A DNA stretch of 64,000 nt from an uncultured virus (IMG/VR IMGVR_UViG_3300025404_000001) (taxonomy: Duplodnaviria > Heunggongvirae > Uroviricota > Caudoviricetes). Below, piece after piece: positions 9,199-19,127 of the stretch. Position numbers and translations under genes: made by a program. The stretch lies in IMG/VR virus record IMGVR_UViG_3300025404_000001. One strand, 5' to 3'. Each line of letters begins with the position of its first letter. Within the stretch, counting starts at the first letter, position 1. The notes under the pieces are model-generated. The model ran no database searches. It was not told where the DNA came from and saw only the letters and a list, made by a program, of their open reading frames with translations.

Positions 9199-9645
9199 AT
9201 GGATTATCTCGTCCCCACCCTAATCCCCGGCGCCCTCGCCGTCGACGACCGTGGCCAGGTCGCTTTCGTCAACGAGTTCAACCCAGCCGACGCCGGAGTC
9301 AAGCGAACCTACCTCACTTCCAATCATCGCGCCGGCTTGGTCCGCGCCTGGCACGGGCACCATCGCGAGCGGAAATGGGTCATGGCAGTCTCGGGGTCGG
9401 CGCTGGTCTGCACAGTCGTCATCGACCCGATTCCAGGACTGGAGGAAGAGGTTGAGAGGTTCGTGCTCTCGGCCAGCAAGCCAGCCATCCTCGCCATCCC
9501 TCCCGGCTACGCGAACGGCTGCATGTCGCTGACCGAGGACGCGCGATTGCTGTGGTTCTCGTCGGCCACGGTCGAGGAGAGCCGGGTGGACGACGTGCGA
9601 TTCGAGGCGCGGCGGTGGAACCCGTGGGCGGTGGAGGATCGGTGA
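9199..9645 (+). CDS. NDP-4-keto-6-deoxysugar 3,5-epimerase family cupin (RmlC-like)
   Basis: DDRG, VRAWHGH and IPPGYANG motifs. Confidence 0.85.
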   Translation: MDYLVPTLIPGALAVDDRGQVAFVNEFNPADAGVKRTYLTSNHRAGLVRAWHGHHRERKWVMAVSGSALVCTVVIDPIPGLEEEVERFVLSASKPAILAIPPGYANGCMSLTEDARLLWFSSATVEESRVDDVRFEARRWNPWAVEDR

Positions 9646-9754
9646 GCAGCGATAAGTGTCCCAAGTGCGGCAGTAGAATGATTCGTAGAGTAAGTGGGTC
9701 TGCGCAATGCGTTAGCTATCAACGTAGATACACTTACAAAGTCAAGGGGACGAT

Positions 9755-10624
9755 ATGACGGTAAAACGCAAAGTCGTAATTCTCGGCTCGACTGGAATGC
9801 TCGGATCGATGGTCAAGAGGTTTCTCGGACAGCAGGCGGAGTACGAGCTTATTTGTCCGACTCGTCGAGACTTAGATGCTTCTTGGCCTACGGTTGTCAA
9901 GTTGTACGGTATCTTGAACGGCTGTGATTATGTGATCAATTGTATCGGAGTTATCAAACCCAGGATTGATGAGACAGATCCAGCTTCCATTCGAAATGCG
10001 ATTTGTGTGAATTCCTTGTTTCCACATCAGCTAGCTCAAGCAGCGGAATGGGCGAAATGCCGTGTCCTCCAGATCGCCACTGATTGTGTTTACTCCGGTC
10101 TCGGCGCAGGCAACTACATCGAGTCCTCCCCACACGACGCGCTCGACATCTACGGTAAGACCAAGTCCCTCGGCGAGATCCGATCCCCCGCCGTGCGCTA
10201 CCTGCGCTGCTCGATTATTGGGCCGGAGGGAGAGGGCAGGCCAAAGGATTCGCTGCTGGAATGGTTTCTGGGGCAACCGCAGGGAGCGACGGTCAAGGGT
10301 TACACCAACCACTACTGGAATGGCGTGACCACTCTTACCTTTGCTAAGCTGTGTCACGGGATCATGTCACAAAGATTGGAGTTACAGCAGGTGCAGCACA
10401 TTATTCCGTTAAACGCGGTGAATAAAGCATCTCTCCTCAATCAGTTCGCTTATTTTTACAAGCGTACCGACATTCAGATCAGCATAGGTGACGCACCGAT
10501 GGCAGTAGATCGCGCTCTTGCAACCAATGATGGTGGTAAGAACCTGGAAATATGGAACGCGGCCGGATACGAACAACCGCCGATGATCTCTACAATGCTT
10601 CAGGAACTGGCGGCCTACCAATGA
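9755..10624 (+). CDS. NDP-4-keto-sugar reductase (RmlD-like SDR)
   Basis: GSTGMLG, TDCVYSG, YGKTK. Confidence 0.85.
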   Translation: MTVKRKVVILGSTGMLGSMVKRFLGQQAEYELICPTRRDLDASWPTVVKLYGILNGCDYVINCIGVIKPRIDETDPASIRNAICVNSLFPHQLAQAAEWAKCRVLQIATDCVYSGLGAGNYIESSPHDALDIYGKTKSLGEIRSPAVRYLRCSIIGPEGEGRPKDSLLEWFLGQPQGATVKGYTNHYWNGVTTLTFAKLCHGIMSQRLELQQVQHIIPLNAVNKASLLNQFAYFYKRTDIQISIGDAPMAVDRALATNDGGKNLEIWNAAGYEQPPMISTMLQELAAYQ

Positions 10625-11724
10625 AAATACTCACCATCCTCGGCACTCGGCCTGAGATCATACGCCTTTCGCGCGTGATCCCACTCATCGACGAAGCGGT
10701 TGGGCGGGAGAATCACATTCTGGTTAACACCGGCCAGAATCCAGACCCAAATCTCTCGGTGCAGTTCTTCAAAGAACTGGACATTAGAGATCGCAATTAT
10801 GTACTTAATGCTGCGGGATCATTCGGTCAGCAAATAGGGGTGTCCTTCCCTGCCGTTGAGCACATTCTCCTACGCGAACGCCCCGACCGTGTGCTAGTCC
10901 TCGGCGATACCAACTCGTCTCTCGCCGCGATCGTCGCCGCCCGGCTTGGCATCCCGGTCTATCACATGGAAGCCGGCAACCGCTCCTTCTCTCCTTCCTC
11001 GCCCGAGGAAGTGAACCGCCGGCTGATCGACCAAGCTTCTACCATTCTCCTTCCCTATACCGAGCGCTCACGAGCCAACCTGCTAGCCGAGGGCATCCCG
11101 AACGACCGAATCTTCGTGACCGGCAATCCGATCCGGGAGGTCATTCTGCACTACGGCAGGCAGATCGATCTTGCCGCCGCAGCGGTACGAGATCGGCTTG
11201 GACTGGAGCCAGGCAAGTTCTTCCTCGTCACGCTGCACCGCGCAGAGAACGTAGACAACTGGAAACGCCTCGGCCAGTTTCTTATTGCCTTGAACCGCCT
11301 CCAGTGTAAATACTCCATGCCGGTGATAGTTAGTACGCATCCTCATACTCGTAAACAACTGGCAACCGGCTATGCGCCTCCCGGCAATTCCGAAGTCCGC
11401 TTCCTCCCTCCGTTTGGCTTCTTCGACTTCATCACCCTACAGCGCTCGGCCTTCTGCACTCTGTCCGACTCTGGCACCGTGCAGGAAGAATCCTGCCTTC
11501 TGCAGACCCCCTCCGTGATCCTTCGCGATCACACCGAGCGGCCGGAGACGGTGGAGTGTGGCGCGAGCGTGCTATCCGGCGCCGATCCAGCTCGCATCCT
11601 CGACCTTGTTCGCCAGGTCACTCGACCAGACCGCGTCGGCTGGGCCCCTCCTTCTGAGTACCTCCGCACGAACGTCGCTCAGACCGTCGTGCGAATCCTT
11701 ACCAGTCACATCCCAGAAAGGTAG
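10621..11724 (+). CDS. wecB: non-hydrolysing UDP-N-acetylhexosamine 2-epimerase
   Basis: GTRPE, GDTNS, HMEAGNRS, PEEVNR, TLHRAENVD, SDSGTVQEE, TERPE. Confidence 0.92.
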   Translation: MKILTILGTRPEIIRLSRVIPLIDEAVGRENHILVNTGQNPDPNLSVQFFKELDIRDRNYVLNAAGSFGQQIGVSFPAVEHILLRERPDRVLVLGDTNSSLAAIVAARLGIPVYHMEAGNRSFSPSSPEEVNRRLIDQASTILLPYTERSRANLLAEGIPNDRIFVTGNPIREVILHYGRQIDLAAAAVRDRLGLEPGKFFLVTLHRAENVDNWKRLGQFLIALNRLQCKYSMPVIVSTHPHTRKQLATGYAPPGNSEVRFLPPFGFFDFITLQRSAFCTLSDSGTVQEESCLLQTPSVILRDHTERPETVECGASVLSGADPARILDLVRQVTRPDRVGWAPPSEYLRTNVAQTVVRILTSHIPER

Positions 11725-11729
11725 GCACG

Positions 11730-12695
11730 ATGAAAATTCTCATAGTTGGCGGCGCGGGGTATGTCGGTGGAGCGGTGACGGACCTCCTGATGGATGCCAA
11801 CCAATTTGCACTCAAGCCATCCGCCGCGTACGACATCCTGGTCTATGACTCCCTGCTCTATGAGGAGTCCTACCGCAAGCCGGTTCCGTTTGTCCGGGGC
11901 GACATTCGCGATCGCGCTCGACTCCTTCTCCACCTCCGCTGGGCCGACGCAGTCATCTGGCTGGCTGCGATCGTGGGTGACGGTGCCTGTGCTCTGGATC
12001 CAGCCAGCGCTGTTGAGGTCAATCAGGAATCCGTGCGCTGGCTGGCAGACAACTTTTCCGGTCGCATCATTTTCCTCTCCACCTGCTCGGTCTACGGCGC
12101 AGCGGATAGTGAACTCGACGAGACTTCCCCGACTAACCCGCTCTCGGTCTACGCTTCGACTAAGCTGGCAGCCGAGTCCTACCTTGCCGACGCGAACGCC
12201 CTGATCTTCCGGCTTGGCACACTCTACGGACTCTCCGACCACTTCTCGCGCGTCCGGTTCGACCTCGTCCTGAACACCTTGACCCAGCGCGCGCACCGGG
12301 ACGGCAGGATCACCGTCTTCGGTGGGGAGCAATATCGCCCGCTCCTCCATGTCCGGGACGCGGCGCGGGCGGTGGTGCGCGGACTGGAGCAGTCAGCGAC
12401 CGGCGTCTACAACCTCTCCCGCTCCAACTGGTCGATCTCCGATCTTGCTGGCATGGTCGCCACCGAATTCCCCAACCTCGAAGTCCTCCGCACGCCACAG
12501 CACTTCGAGGACAACCGGAACTACCAAGTCAGCAGCGAGCGAGCCCGGCGCGACCTCGGCTTCGACCCGGCCTACTCGCTCTCCGACGGCATCCGCGAGA
12601 TCAAGCTCCTCCTCGACGAGCAGCGACTGACCCTGCCGGACCTCGCGCGGTACTGGAACGACCGCCACCTCGCCGCTGCGCAAGGAGGTAAGTGA
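11730..12695 (+). CDS. NAD-dependent sugar epimerase/dehydratase
   Basis: GGAGYVG, STCSVYG, YASTK, RPLLHVRD. Confidence 0.88.
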   Translation: MKILIVGGAGYVGGAVTDLLMDANQFALKPSAAYDILVYDSLLYEESYRKPVPFVRGDIRDRARLLLHLRWADAVIWLAAIVGDGACALDPASAVEVNQESVRWLADNFSGRIIFLSTCSVYGAADSELDETSPTNPLSVYASTKLAAESYLADANALIFRLGTLYGLSDHFSRVRFDLVLNTLTQRAHRDGRITVFGGEQYRPLLHVRDAARAVVRGLEQSATGVYNLSRSNWSISDLAGMVATEFPNLEVLRTPQHFEDNRNYQVSSERARRDLGFDPAYSLSDGIREIKLLLDEQRLTLPDLARYWNDRHLAAAQGGK

Positions 12696-13258
12696 TGGCT
12701 CTTCCAACTCCCGCTCCGACTATGCTCGCCGACATCCCAGCCCGGTACGCCAACCTCCTGGTCACGCCTTCTGAGATTGACACGCGCGACCATCTCCCGC
12801 TTTTCCACTCGCTCTCTGGCCACATCCTTGAAATCGGCTGTGACTGTGGTCAATCAACCACAGCTTTCCTCGACGGAGCGGCTGAATCCGTGACTTCGAT
12901 CGACATCAACCCACACTGCGCCTCCAACTTCCCCGACTCGCCCCGGTGGCGGTTCATTCTTGGCGATAGTCGTGACTCAGAGACTATCGTTCAAGCTAAA
13001 GTTTGCAACCATTACTACGATGTGCTATATGTGGATGGAAGCCACACCTACGAGACGACCTTGCACGATCTCAGGACATACTCGAAGCTGGTCCGGACAG
13101 GCGGACTCGTGCTGGTGCACGACGTACTGGCGAATGACAACTTTCCAGGGGTGTGGCGAGCGTTTTCGGACTTTCGGCCAGCCAAGCCCGGCGAGTGGGC
13201 AGTCGGAGCCAAGTACATCCGTCCAGGCAGCTACGGGCTGGGGGTGATCGAACTCTGA
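12695..13258 (+). CDS. class I SAM-dependent methyltransferase (Methyltransf_24-like)
   Basis: ILEIGCDCGQST, GDS, YVDGSHTY, GGLVLVHD. Confidence 0.85.
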   Translation: MALPTPAPTMLADIPARYANLLVTPSEIDTRDHLPLFHSLSGHILEIGCDCGQSTTAFLDGAAESVTSIDINPHCASNFPDSPRWRFILGDSRDSETIVQAKVCNHYYDVLYVDGSHTYETTLHDLRTYSKLVRTGGLVLVHDVLANDNFPGVWRAFSDFRPAKPGEWAVGAKYIRPGSYGLGVIEL

Positions 13259-14001
13259 TGACGATCTCGATTGTAATCACGACCTTCAACCGCAACCCGC
13301 TCCTCGCCCGGACCCTCGCCTCGATCACGCGCCAAGTCCCCACCCTCCCCTTCTCCCTCGAAGTCCTCGTGGTCGACGATGGCGACCTCCGCCATGGCCA
13401 CCCGTCCGCGCGATTCCTCTGCGAGCAGTTCGGCGCGCGCTGGCTCCCCTGCCGCCGCCCCCCGTCCGCCCAGTTCCGCAACCCAGCCCTGCCGAACAAC
13501 ATCGGCCTGCGCGCGGCCGCAGGCGACGTGGTGATCCTCCAGAACGCCGAGTGCGAGCACCAGTCGCCGGACACCGTGGCGCGGCTGGTCGAGGCTGTCC
13601 TCGACGCTCCTTCCTCCCGCCCCGCCGCCGTCTTCGCGCACGTGCTCGCGCTCGACCCGGCTGGCGCGGTGCAGCAGTCCTACTGCGGCCCGGACAACCA
13701 GCGACCCTACTTCTTCTGCGGCGCGATCCGGCGCGAGTTGCTGACCCGGCTGCGCGGGTTTGATGAAGATTTTCGTGGAGCCGGCTACGATGACGACGAC
13801 CTCGCTGCCCGTCTCGCCGGAGAAGGCGTCGAGTTCTGCTACCCTGACCTGCCCCTCGTCCACCATCAGTGGCACGAGCCGGCGGGGACCTACGACGACG
13901 CCCCCCAGATGCGCGACCTGTTCGAACAGAAATGCGCGGCGATGATCCGCGGCGAGTTGGGGACCGTGCGGAACCCGCGCGGGTGGGGAGGACAACCGTG
14001 A
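13258..14001 (+). CDS. glycosyltransferase family 2
   Basis: SIVITTFNR, VVDDG, NIGLRAA, GFDEDFRGAGYDDDD. Confidence 0.88.
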   Translation: MTISIVITTFNRNPLLARTLASITRQVPTLPFSLEVLVVDDGDLRHGHPSARFLCEQFGARWLPCRRPPSAQFRNPALPNNIGLRAAAGDVVILQNAECEHQSPDTVARLVEAVLDAPSSRPAAVFAHVLALDPAGAVQQSYCGPDNQRPYFFCGAIRRELLTRLRGFDEDFRGAGYDDDDLAARLAGEGVEFCYPDLPLVHHQWHEPAGTYDDAPQMRDLFEQKCAAMIRGELGTVRNPRGWGGQP

Positions 14002-14762
14002 CCCTCTCGGCAGACAACCAGGTCGTTCAAGGCTTCTGGTCCGGCCCGCTGACCACGATGGAGCGGCTCAGCATGGCCTCCTTCCTCGCCAACGGCCACC
14101 GTTACGCGCTTTACTGCTACGACGAGCCAGCCGGAGTCCCTGCCGGGGTCGAAGTCAGGGACGCGCGAGAAATCCTGCCCGAGTCCGAGCCCGCCACCTT
14201 CCGCTGTGCCCAGCAGTTCTCGGACGCATTCCGCGTAGCCCTCCTCCTAAAGAAAGGCGGCTGGTACTCGGACCTGGATTCCATTTGCATCAAACCACTA
14301 ACCTTTCCCGCGCCCTGCGTCCTCTATCGCGACCATGACGAGTCGACCATCTCGCTCGCCCTCTCCAAAGCTCCAGCCGGTGCGCCCTTCCTCCAGCATT
14401 GCTACTCTTACGTTCAATCTCTAAGCAAGGACGAGCGGCAGCGCCTCTCCTGGCAGGAGATCGGAACGGACCTGATCCTCGGCGCGGTAGAATACTTCCA
14501 CCTGACCGACTTCGCGCAGCCCGGCTGCACGTTCGACCCGGTTGGGCCTGAGCGGGTTCGCGAACTCGTCGACCCTGCCGCCCAGTTTGACCTCTCCCAG
14601 TCTTACGCGATCCACCTCTTTCACGCGGCGTGGAACCACGGCCCGAGCGACTCGACCGGCAAGGGGTTCGACCTTGGCCTGCGCCCTGGTGATTCGCTCC
14701 TGACCGACGCGGAGTACCCGCCCGACTCGCTGTATGAGAAATTGAAAAGGAGATACCTCTGA
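13998..14762 (+). CDS. GT32-like (DxD sugar-binding) glycosyltransferase
   Basis: FSDAFR..LL...GGWYSDLD; YAIHLF. Confidence 0.82.
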   Translation: MTLSADNQVVQGFWSGPLTTMERLSMASFLANGHRYALYCYDEPAGVPAGVEVRDAREILPESEPATFRCAQQFSDAFRVALLLKKGGWYSDLDSICIKPLTFPAPCVLYRDHDESTISLALSKAPAGAPFLQHCYSYVQSLSKDERQRLSWQEIGTDLILGAVEYFHLTDFAQPGCTFDPVGPERVRELVDPAAQFDLSQSYAIHLFHAAWNHGPSDSTGKGFDLGLRPGDSLLTDAEYPPDSLYEKLKRRYL

Positions 14763-15604
14763 TGCCCCCACCCATCGTCGTAGCCGCAATCTTAACCGCC
14801 CACCACCCGTCTCGCTATCACTACCGCCAAGTTGCCAAGCAGTCCTTCCTCAAAGATTCGCCGATCCCCTACAAGTTTGTCTTCGGCGATGCACCGCGCG
14901 AGGGAGACTGGGACCACACCGGGCTGCGTGACGAGGAGATTCTGCACACATCGGGTTCCGACCTGAAGACTCACCTCCATCTGAAAGACCAGGCCGCCTG
15001 CCGCTGGGCGTTGGACCTCGGTGCCCAGTTCCTCTGGCGTGCTATGTGCGATACGTGGTTCTGGCCGGATCGCATCCTCAAGGCCGGGCTGCAAGCCTTC
15101 GATTACTGCGGGAACTGGCCTTGCACGCTCCGTCTCGGCGGCGCGTTCAAAGTCGCTATGCCCTACTATGATTTCTTTCATGGCGGAACGGGAATCTGGC
15201 TCTCGCGCAAGTCCATGCAGCGGATCGTTGACGCAACCTGGCGCGAGGACTACCTTGCCGACTGGCCGAACCAGTTAGAGATCGGCTTCGGCCTGCGCGC
15301 GCCCAAACTTGACTATCCTTGGGACGACTTCTGGGTGGGGGAGGTTATCCGTGGCCAACTGGCTTGGAACGACCCTCTCCGCACCCAACCGCTCGAATCC
15401 TACAACGCCGCCGGGCTGAACATATTCGAGGATTGTCAACTCTTCGTCGATGATAACCCGGAGCGTGCGCTTTCGATCCACGATCCGGGCGTTGTGAAGA
15501 TCAACAATCGGTTCGCCAGCCTGGAGAGGCAGATCCGCCATCGCAACATCGCCGCCGCGATGGCCGCCGCACGAGTGCCTGCCGAGGAGGTGCCCAGTGT
15601 TTGA
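14762..15604 (+). CDS. GT31/galactosyltransferase-like protein
   Basis: YKFVFG, LKDQAACRWA, GGTGIWLSRKS, DDFWVG; expected DDD position reads MCD. Confidence 0.6.
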   Translation: MPPPIVVAAILTAHHPSRYHYRQVAKQSFLKDSPIPYKFVFGDAPREGDWDHTGLRDEEILHTSGSDLKTHLHLKDQAACRWALDLGAQFLWRAMCDTWFWPDRILKAGLQAFDYCGNWPCTLRLGGAFKVAMPYYDFFHGGTGIWLSRKSMQRIVDATWREDYLADWPNQLEIGFGLRAPKLDYPWDDFWVGEVIRGQLAWNDPLRTQPLESYNAAGLNIFEDCQLFVDDNPERALSIHDPGVVKINNRFASLERQIRHRNIAAAMAAARVPAEEVPSV

Positions 15605-16139
15605 CCGCGACTCTCTGTTCAACCCGGCGCGGGCCGTGCAGCGCGTCGGCGACTGGTTCGAGCAGCGCAAGCAGTTCCGTGCCGAAGCCCTCGCCTCCCT
15701 GCGCCGTCGCGAATCCCTCCCTACCTCCGAGCGCGTCAAGGGAGATTTCTACCAGCGCGAGGACGGTCAGTTCTATCGCAACCCGCCTGGCCGCCAAGTC
15801 TGGCTCGACACAACCCTCTATCCGAACGGGCGCGGCGGCTGGTCGCAGTGGGCTACAGGCAGCCGGAAGCAATCTGATCTGGCCAGCGTGAGCGCGCACT
15901 GGGAGTCGATCGACGGCATCGGAGAATTCCAGGTTATGAACGTCGCTGAGGACGGTCGTCCGCTCGCCGCTGAACTGGTCGACTTGCACCGGGACGCTGC
16001 GACTTATGAGCTTGCCGAGTGCGTCAGCCATGGCGCGGCGAGCGAGCAGGCGCCGGAGCTGAGTCTGGCTGATTGCTCCGACGACGAGGTGGATGCGAAG
16101 TTGCAGGAGTACTTGAAACGAGGCGTCAATCATGAATAA
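15597..16139 (+). CDS. hypothetical protein
   Basis: SD GGAGG, coupled. Confidence 0.65.
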   Translation: MFDRDSLFNPARAVQRVGDWFEQRKQFRAEALASLRRRESLPTSERVKGDFYQREDGQFYRNPPGRQVWLDTTLYPNGRGGWSQWATGSRKQSDLASVSAHWESIDGIGEFQVMNVAEDGRPLAAELVDLHRDAATYELAECVSHGAASEQAPELSLADCSDDEVDAKLQEYLKRGVNHE

Positions 16140-16449
16140 GGTTCAATCCCCTCTTCTCGACCAATCCATCATTGCTCGCTTGCATCGCAACGCCGTAAAA
16201 CAGCGTCTATTCCGGCGTTTCGTCCGCAGAAGCGACTCCCAAGAAAGTTCATCCACCAAGAGAACGGTGGACATCTACTTTCTCATTCACTATGCCGGAA
16301 TGTCCAGAAAACGTGCGGCGGAACTGTTCGGGGTGAGTCAGGAAAGAGTCAGACAAATTGTGAACAAGGGAGATAGACTTCGTTATCTGAATTCCTTTCA
16401 GATATGCCATCCACGTGGTTCTTGCTTGATCGGAGCTATAAATCAATGA
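16132..16449 (+). CDS. HTH (sigma70 region 4-like) protein
   Basis: MSRKRAAELFGVSQERVRQIV. Confidence 0.65.
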   Translation: MNKVQSPLLDQSIIARLHRNAVKQRLFRRFVRRSDSQESSSTKRTVDIYFLIHYAGMSRKRAAELFGVSQERVRQIVNKGDRLRYLNSFQICHPRGSCLIGAINQ

Positions 16450-17243
16450 GCCAGGAAATCGAATCCATCCGCCCTGCCTTTTCCCTCATTATCGACGACG
16501 GGGACTGGATCATCAACTCGACCGGGCCGGTCGGCAAGGCAGCTGCGCAGCTGATCCTGCCTCTGGCTGCTTCGGTGCACAAGATAACGGTGATCACCGA
16601 CGGCGAGATGAAGGTGTTGAAGCGTCAGGGGAACGGGCAGGAGGCAGCGGCAACAGGCACTCCTACTACCTACGCCACCGTAGCCGCTCGCTATAAGGCA
16701 GCCACCGAATCTTCTGCTGCGCCGCCTGCTGCCACACCCACCGAGCCAGCCGACATTCAGGATCGGTTCGCCGCCGACCTTGCAGCCGGCCGCACAGGCG
16801 AGGCCGCCACCGGCGAGTCCCCCTCTCCCACCCCCGGCCCGAACGACCCGGTCAAGCTCCCCACCCCCTCTCCCTCGCGTCGCAAACCAGTGATCTACCA
16901 GGACGCCGCCGCGCCGCCCGCGCCGGAACTGGCCGAAGCCGAGATGGACCGCCTCGTCGCCGAAGCTGCTGCCGCCGAGCAGGACTCGGCCCGCCTCGCC
17001 GAGGACCAGCGGTTCCAGCACCAGCAGGCAGTGCAGGCCCAGGTTGAACCCGCTGATATTCCTGCCGAAGTATCTAAGCCTCGTAGGCGAGAGCCTCGTC
17101 AACTCGCTGCCACTGGCCGGCCTTGCGGACGGTGCGGCGGCGGCGGTCAGATCGCAGGTGAGGCAGGATTCGCTGGGGCCTGCCCAGTTTGCCAGGGTCA
17201 GGGGACAGTGAAGACCTGGGACCGGAGTCTGAAAGTTAGATAG
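16446..17243 (+). CDS. low-complexity protein with C-terminal DnaJ-type zinc finger
   Basis: CGRCGGGG...CPVCQGQG. Confidence 0.7.
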   Translation: MSQEIESIRPAFSLIIDDGDWIINSTGPVGKAAAQLILPLAASVHKITVITDGEMKVLKRQGNGQEAAATGTPTTYATVAARYKAATESSAAPPAATPTEPADIQDRFAADLAAGRTGEAATGESPSPTPGPNDPVKLPTPSPSRRKPVIYQDAAAPPAPELAEAEMDRLVAEAAAAEQDSARLAEDQRFQHQQAVQAQVEPADIPAEVSKPRRREPRQLAATGRPCGRCGGGGQIAGEAGFAGACPVCQGQGTVKTWDRSLKVR

Positions 17244-17301
17244 GCCAGCGCGTTCAAGTTCTGGTACAGTAAAGTTGCAAACCAAGGAGGCAGCAAACCG
17301 G

Positions 17302-17904
17302 ATGGCCATTCTCCCCGACTCCGCGCTCCCCCACTGTACCAACCCGCAGCACCCGCGCGGCCTGCCGGCGCGCATGATCTACCTGCAGACCAAGGATCAC
17401 GCCCACGTCTTCGGCTGTCAGGCCTGCCGCGACGTGAACCACCGGCTGTCCGTCCGCGTGCTCACCGACCAGTTCTACCAACGCGAGGTCAGGCGTGACC
17501 TGGCCGCCCGCAACCAGATCCTTCGTGGCCCGCAGCGACCTCGCCCCCGCTCCCAGCGCGAACTCGACCTCCTCCGCGAACTCTCCCTCGACGCCGCCCG
17601 CCGCCGAGCCGCCGCCACCGCCTTCGACTGGGACCCTGCCCACCGCCGCACGCGCGACGGCAAGTACGAGCTGGTCGAGTATCGCGAACTCGGCTCCGGC
17701 GCCGTGCAGATCCAAATGGCCGTGGCGGGCAAGCTCTGCCCCCAGATGGACGACCATCTCGCCTCGCGCGAAGAGTTCCGCACCGAGGAGGCGTACTGGC
17801 AGCGAGTCGCTCGCGGGTCGGAACTGATGCTGCACCTTTATGGAGACCCGCGTGCGCCGCTGACCCCTGAAGAGTCGGCGCGGCGCGAGCAGGAGACTTA
17901 CTAA
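17302..17904 (+). CDS. hypothetical zinc-binding protein
   Basis: SD AAGGAGG; CxxxxH...CQAC. Confidence 0.65.
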   Translation: MAILPDSALPHCTNPQHPRGLPARMIYLQTKDHAHVFGCQACRDVNHRLSVRVLTDQFYQREVRRDLAARNQILRGPQRPRPRSQRELDLLRELSLDAARRRAAATAFDWDPAHRRTRDGKYELVEYRELGSGAVQIQMAVAGKLCPQMDDHLASREEFRTEEAYWQRVARGSELMLHLYGDPRAPLTPEESARREQETY

Positions 17905-17920
17905 CCCAAAGGAGAAGAAA

Positions 17921-18220
17921 ATGAGACAAGCTGACCTAGACAACTGGTTCCAGTACCATGCTCCTCGCCCCGAACAAGTCGTGACCTATAACAACGTTCG
18001 CAACAAAGCCAAGGAACTAGCCGAGCTATTCAACAGTGTGGTTCCTGACTGTGCCGACAAGACAGCCGCCATGCGTCATCTGCGTGAGACAGTAATGGCG
18101 ATGAATCTGTCTATTGCCTGCTACCAAGCTCCAACTGTCGAGTCGTTACAGGCGATTCTGGATTCGCCGGAGGAGCCTAACGTGCATATCAATCCAGACG
18201 GATCTGTGACGACAAACTAA
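17921..18220 (+). CDS. Acb2/Tad1-like helical-hairpin anti-defence protein
   Basis: NWFQYHAP...YNNVR.KAKELA...VPDCADKTAAMRHLRETVMAMNLSIA pattern. Confidence 0.65.
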   Translation: MRQADLDNWFQYHAPRPEQVVTYNNVRNKAKELAELFNSVVPDCADKTAAMRHLRETVMAMNLSIACYQAPTVESLQAILDSPEEPNVHINPDGSVTTN

Positions 18221-18273
18221 TCTTCTCGTAGATAACCAACAGACCAGAACCTGAACCGAAAGGAACATACCCA

Positions 18274-18903
18274 ATGTCCCGACTCGCCGCAGTCACCGCC
18301 GGTCAACCAACGCAGGGAATAGGATCTGCTCCCGCTGGCAAGCCAGTCCTTGCTCGTCCTGCCGCGCCCACTCGTCAGTTCGCCTCTCCCCTCGAAGCCC
18401 AGCGCGCAGAGGCCGAGGCTTCGGGCGCGTTGGAACTGGACGATCTGGCCGGCTCGGCATCGACTATCCCTGCCATCCCCGACTCTCTTACCCCGCGCAA
18501 CCAATACTCCTCCATGCGTGCCGCGGCGATAGCATCCTGGCTCTCGCTCGAAGCCAAGGAGATCGAGGTCCGTGCCTACTTCCGCAAGATCCCGGTCGCC
18601 ATTGGCTTGGAACTGCTTGCCAAGATGCGCCATCAGTGCAACCTCGCTGCCGAGACTCTCCAGTCGCGTATCGACGAGGGCAACACCGAGCGGTGCAGCG
18701 GCTGCGGCAAGACTTTGAATGAGGCGCACAAGTCGATGTGGATTATGCAAGGGGCGGATGTGGACCCTGACACCGGAATTCCGATGCCATACCATTTCTG
18801 TGGCCCAATGTGCGTTCGCGAGCGCAACCGTGAGAAGATGCTGCCCAAGGAGTTGCGTGATCAGAAGAGATTCGATGGGCAGGACATTGCGGAGGTCAGG
18901 TAA
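18274..18903 (+). CDS. hypothetical protein with CxxC...FCxxxC zinc finger
   Basis: CSGC...FCGPMC; SD AAGGA. Confidence 0.7.
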   Translation: MSRLAAVTAGQPTQGIGSAPAGKPVLARPAAPTRQFASPLEAQRAEAEASGALELDDLAGSASTIPAIPDSLTPRNQYSSMRAAAIASWLSLEAKEIEVRAYFRKIPVAIGLELLAKMRHQCNLAAETLQSRIDEGNTERCSGCGKTLNEAHKSMWIMQGADVDPDTGIPMPYHFCGPMCVRERNREKMLPKELRDQKRFDGQDIAEVR

Positions 18904-19127
18904 TGTATAACTCTCCAGAAGAGCCTATCGTCGGAACCGTATATGACCCTGAATTCTCTTCTTCACATCCCGATTACTCGTCCATCCTCTGCATAACTGG
19001 GTCGCGCCGTGTATTGGCTCTGCGGCATGTCCCGGACTCGGCCGAGATGGACTATGACGAGATAATCAGCGAACAGGGGAGACAGCGGGCCTTGCGGATG
19101 TTTGACGAAAGAAATTCCAATGCCTGA
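18903..19127 (+). CDS. hypothetical protein
   Basis: TAATG coupling. Confidence 0.55.
   Translation: MYNSPEEPIVGTVYDPEFSSSHPDYSSILCITGSRRVLALRHVPDSAEMDYDEIISEQGRQRALRMFDERNSNA

Noticed and set aside
8486..15604. Host O-antigen/capsule island or serotype-conversion cassette
   Set aside because: No membrane flippase, polymerase or GtrAB genes, and the genes are coupled to phage genes on both sides
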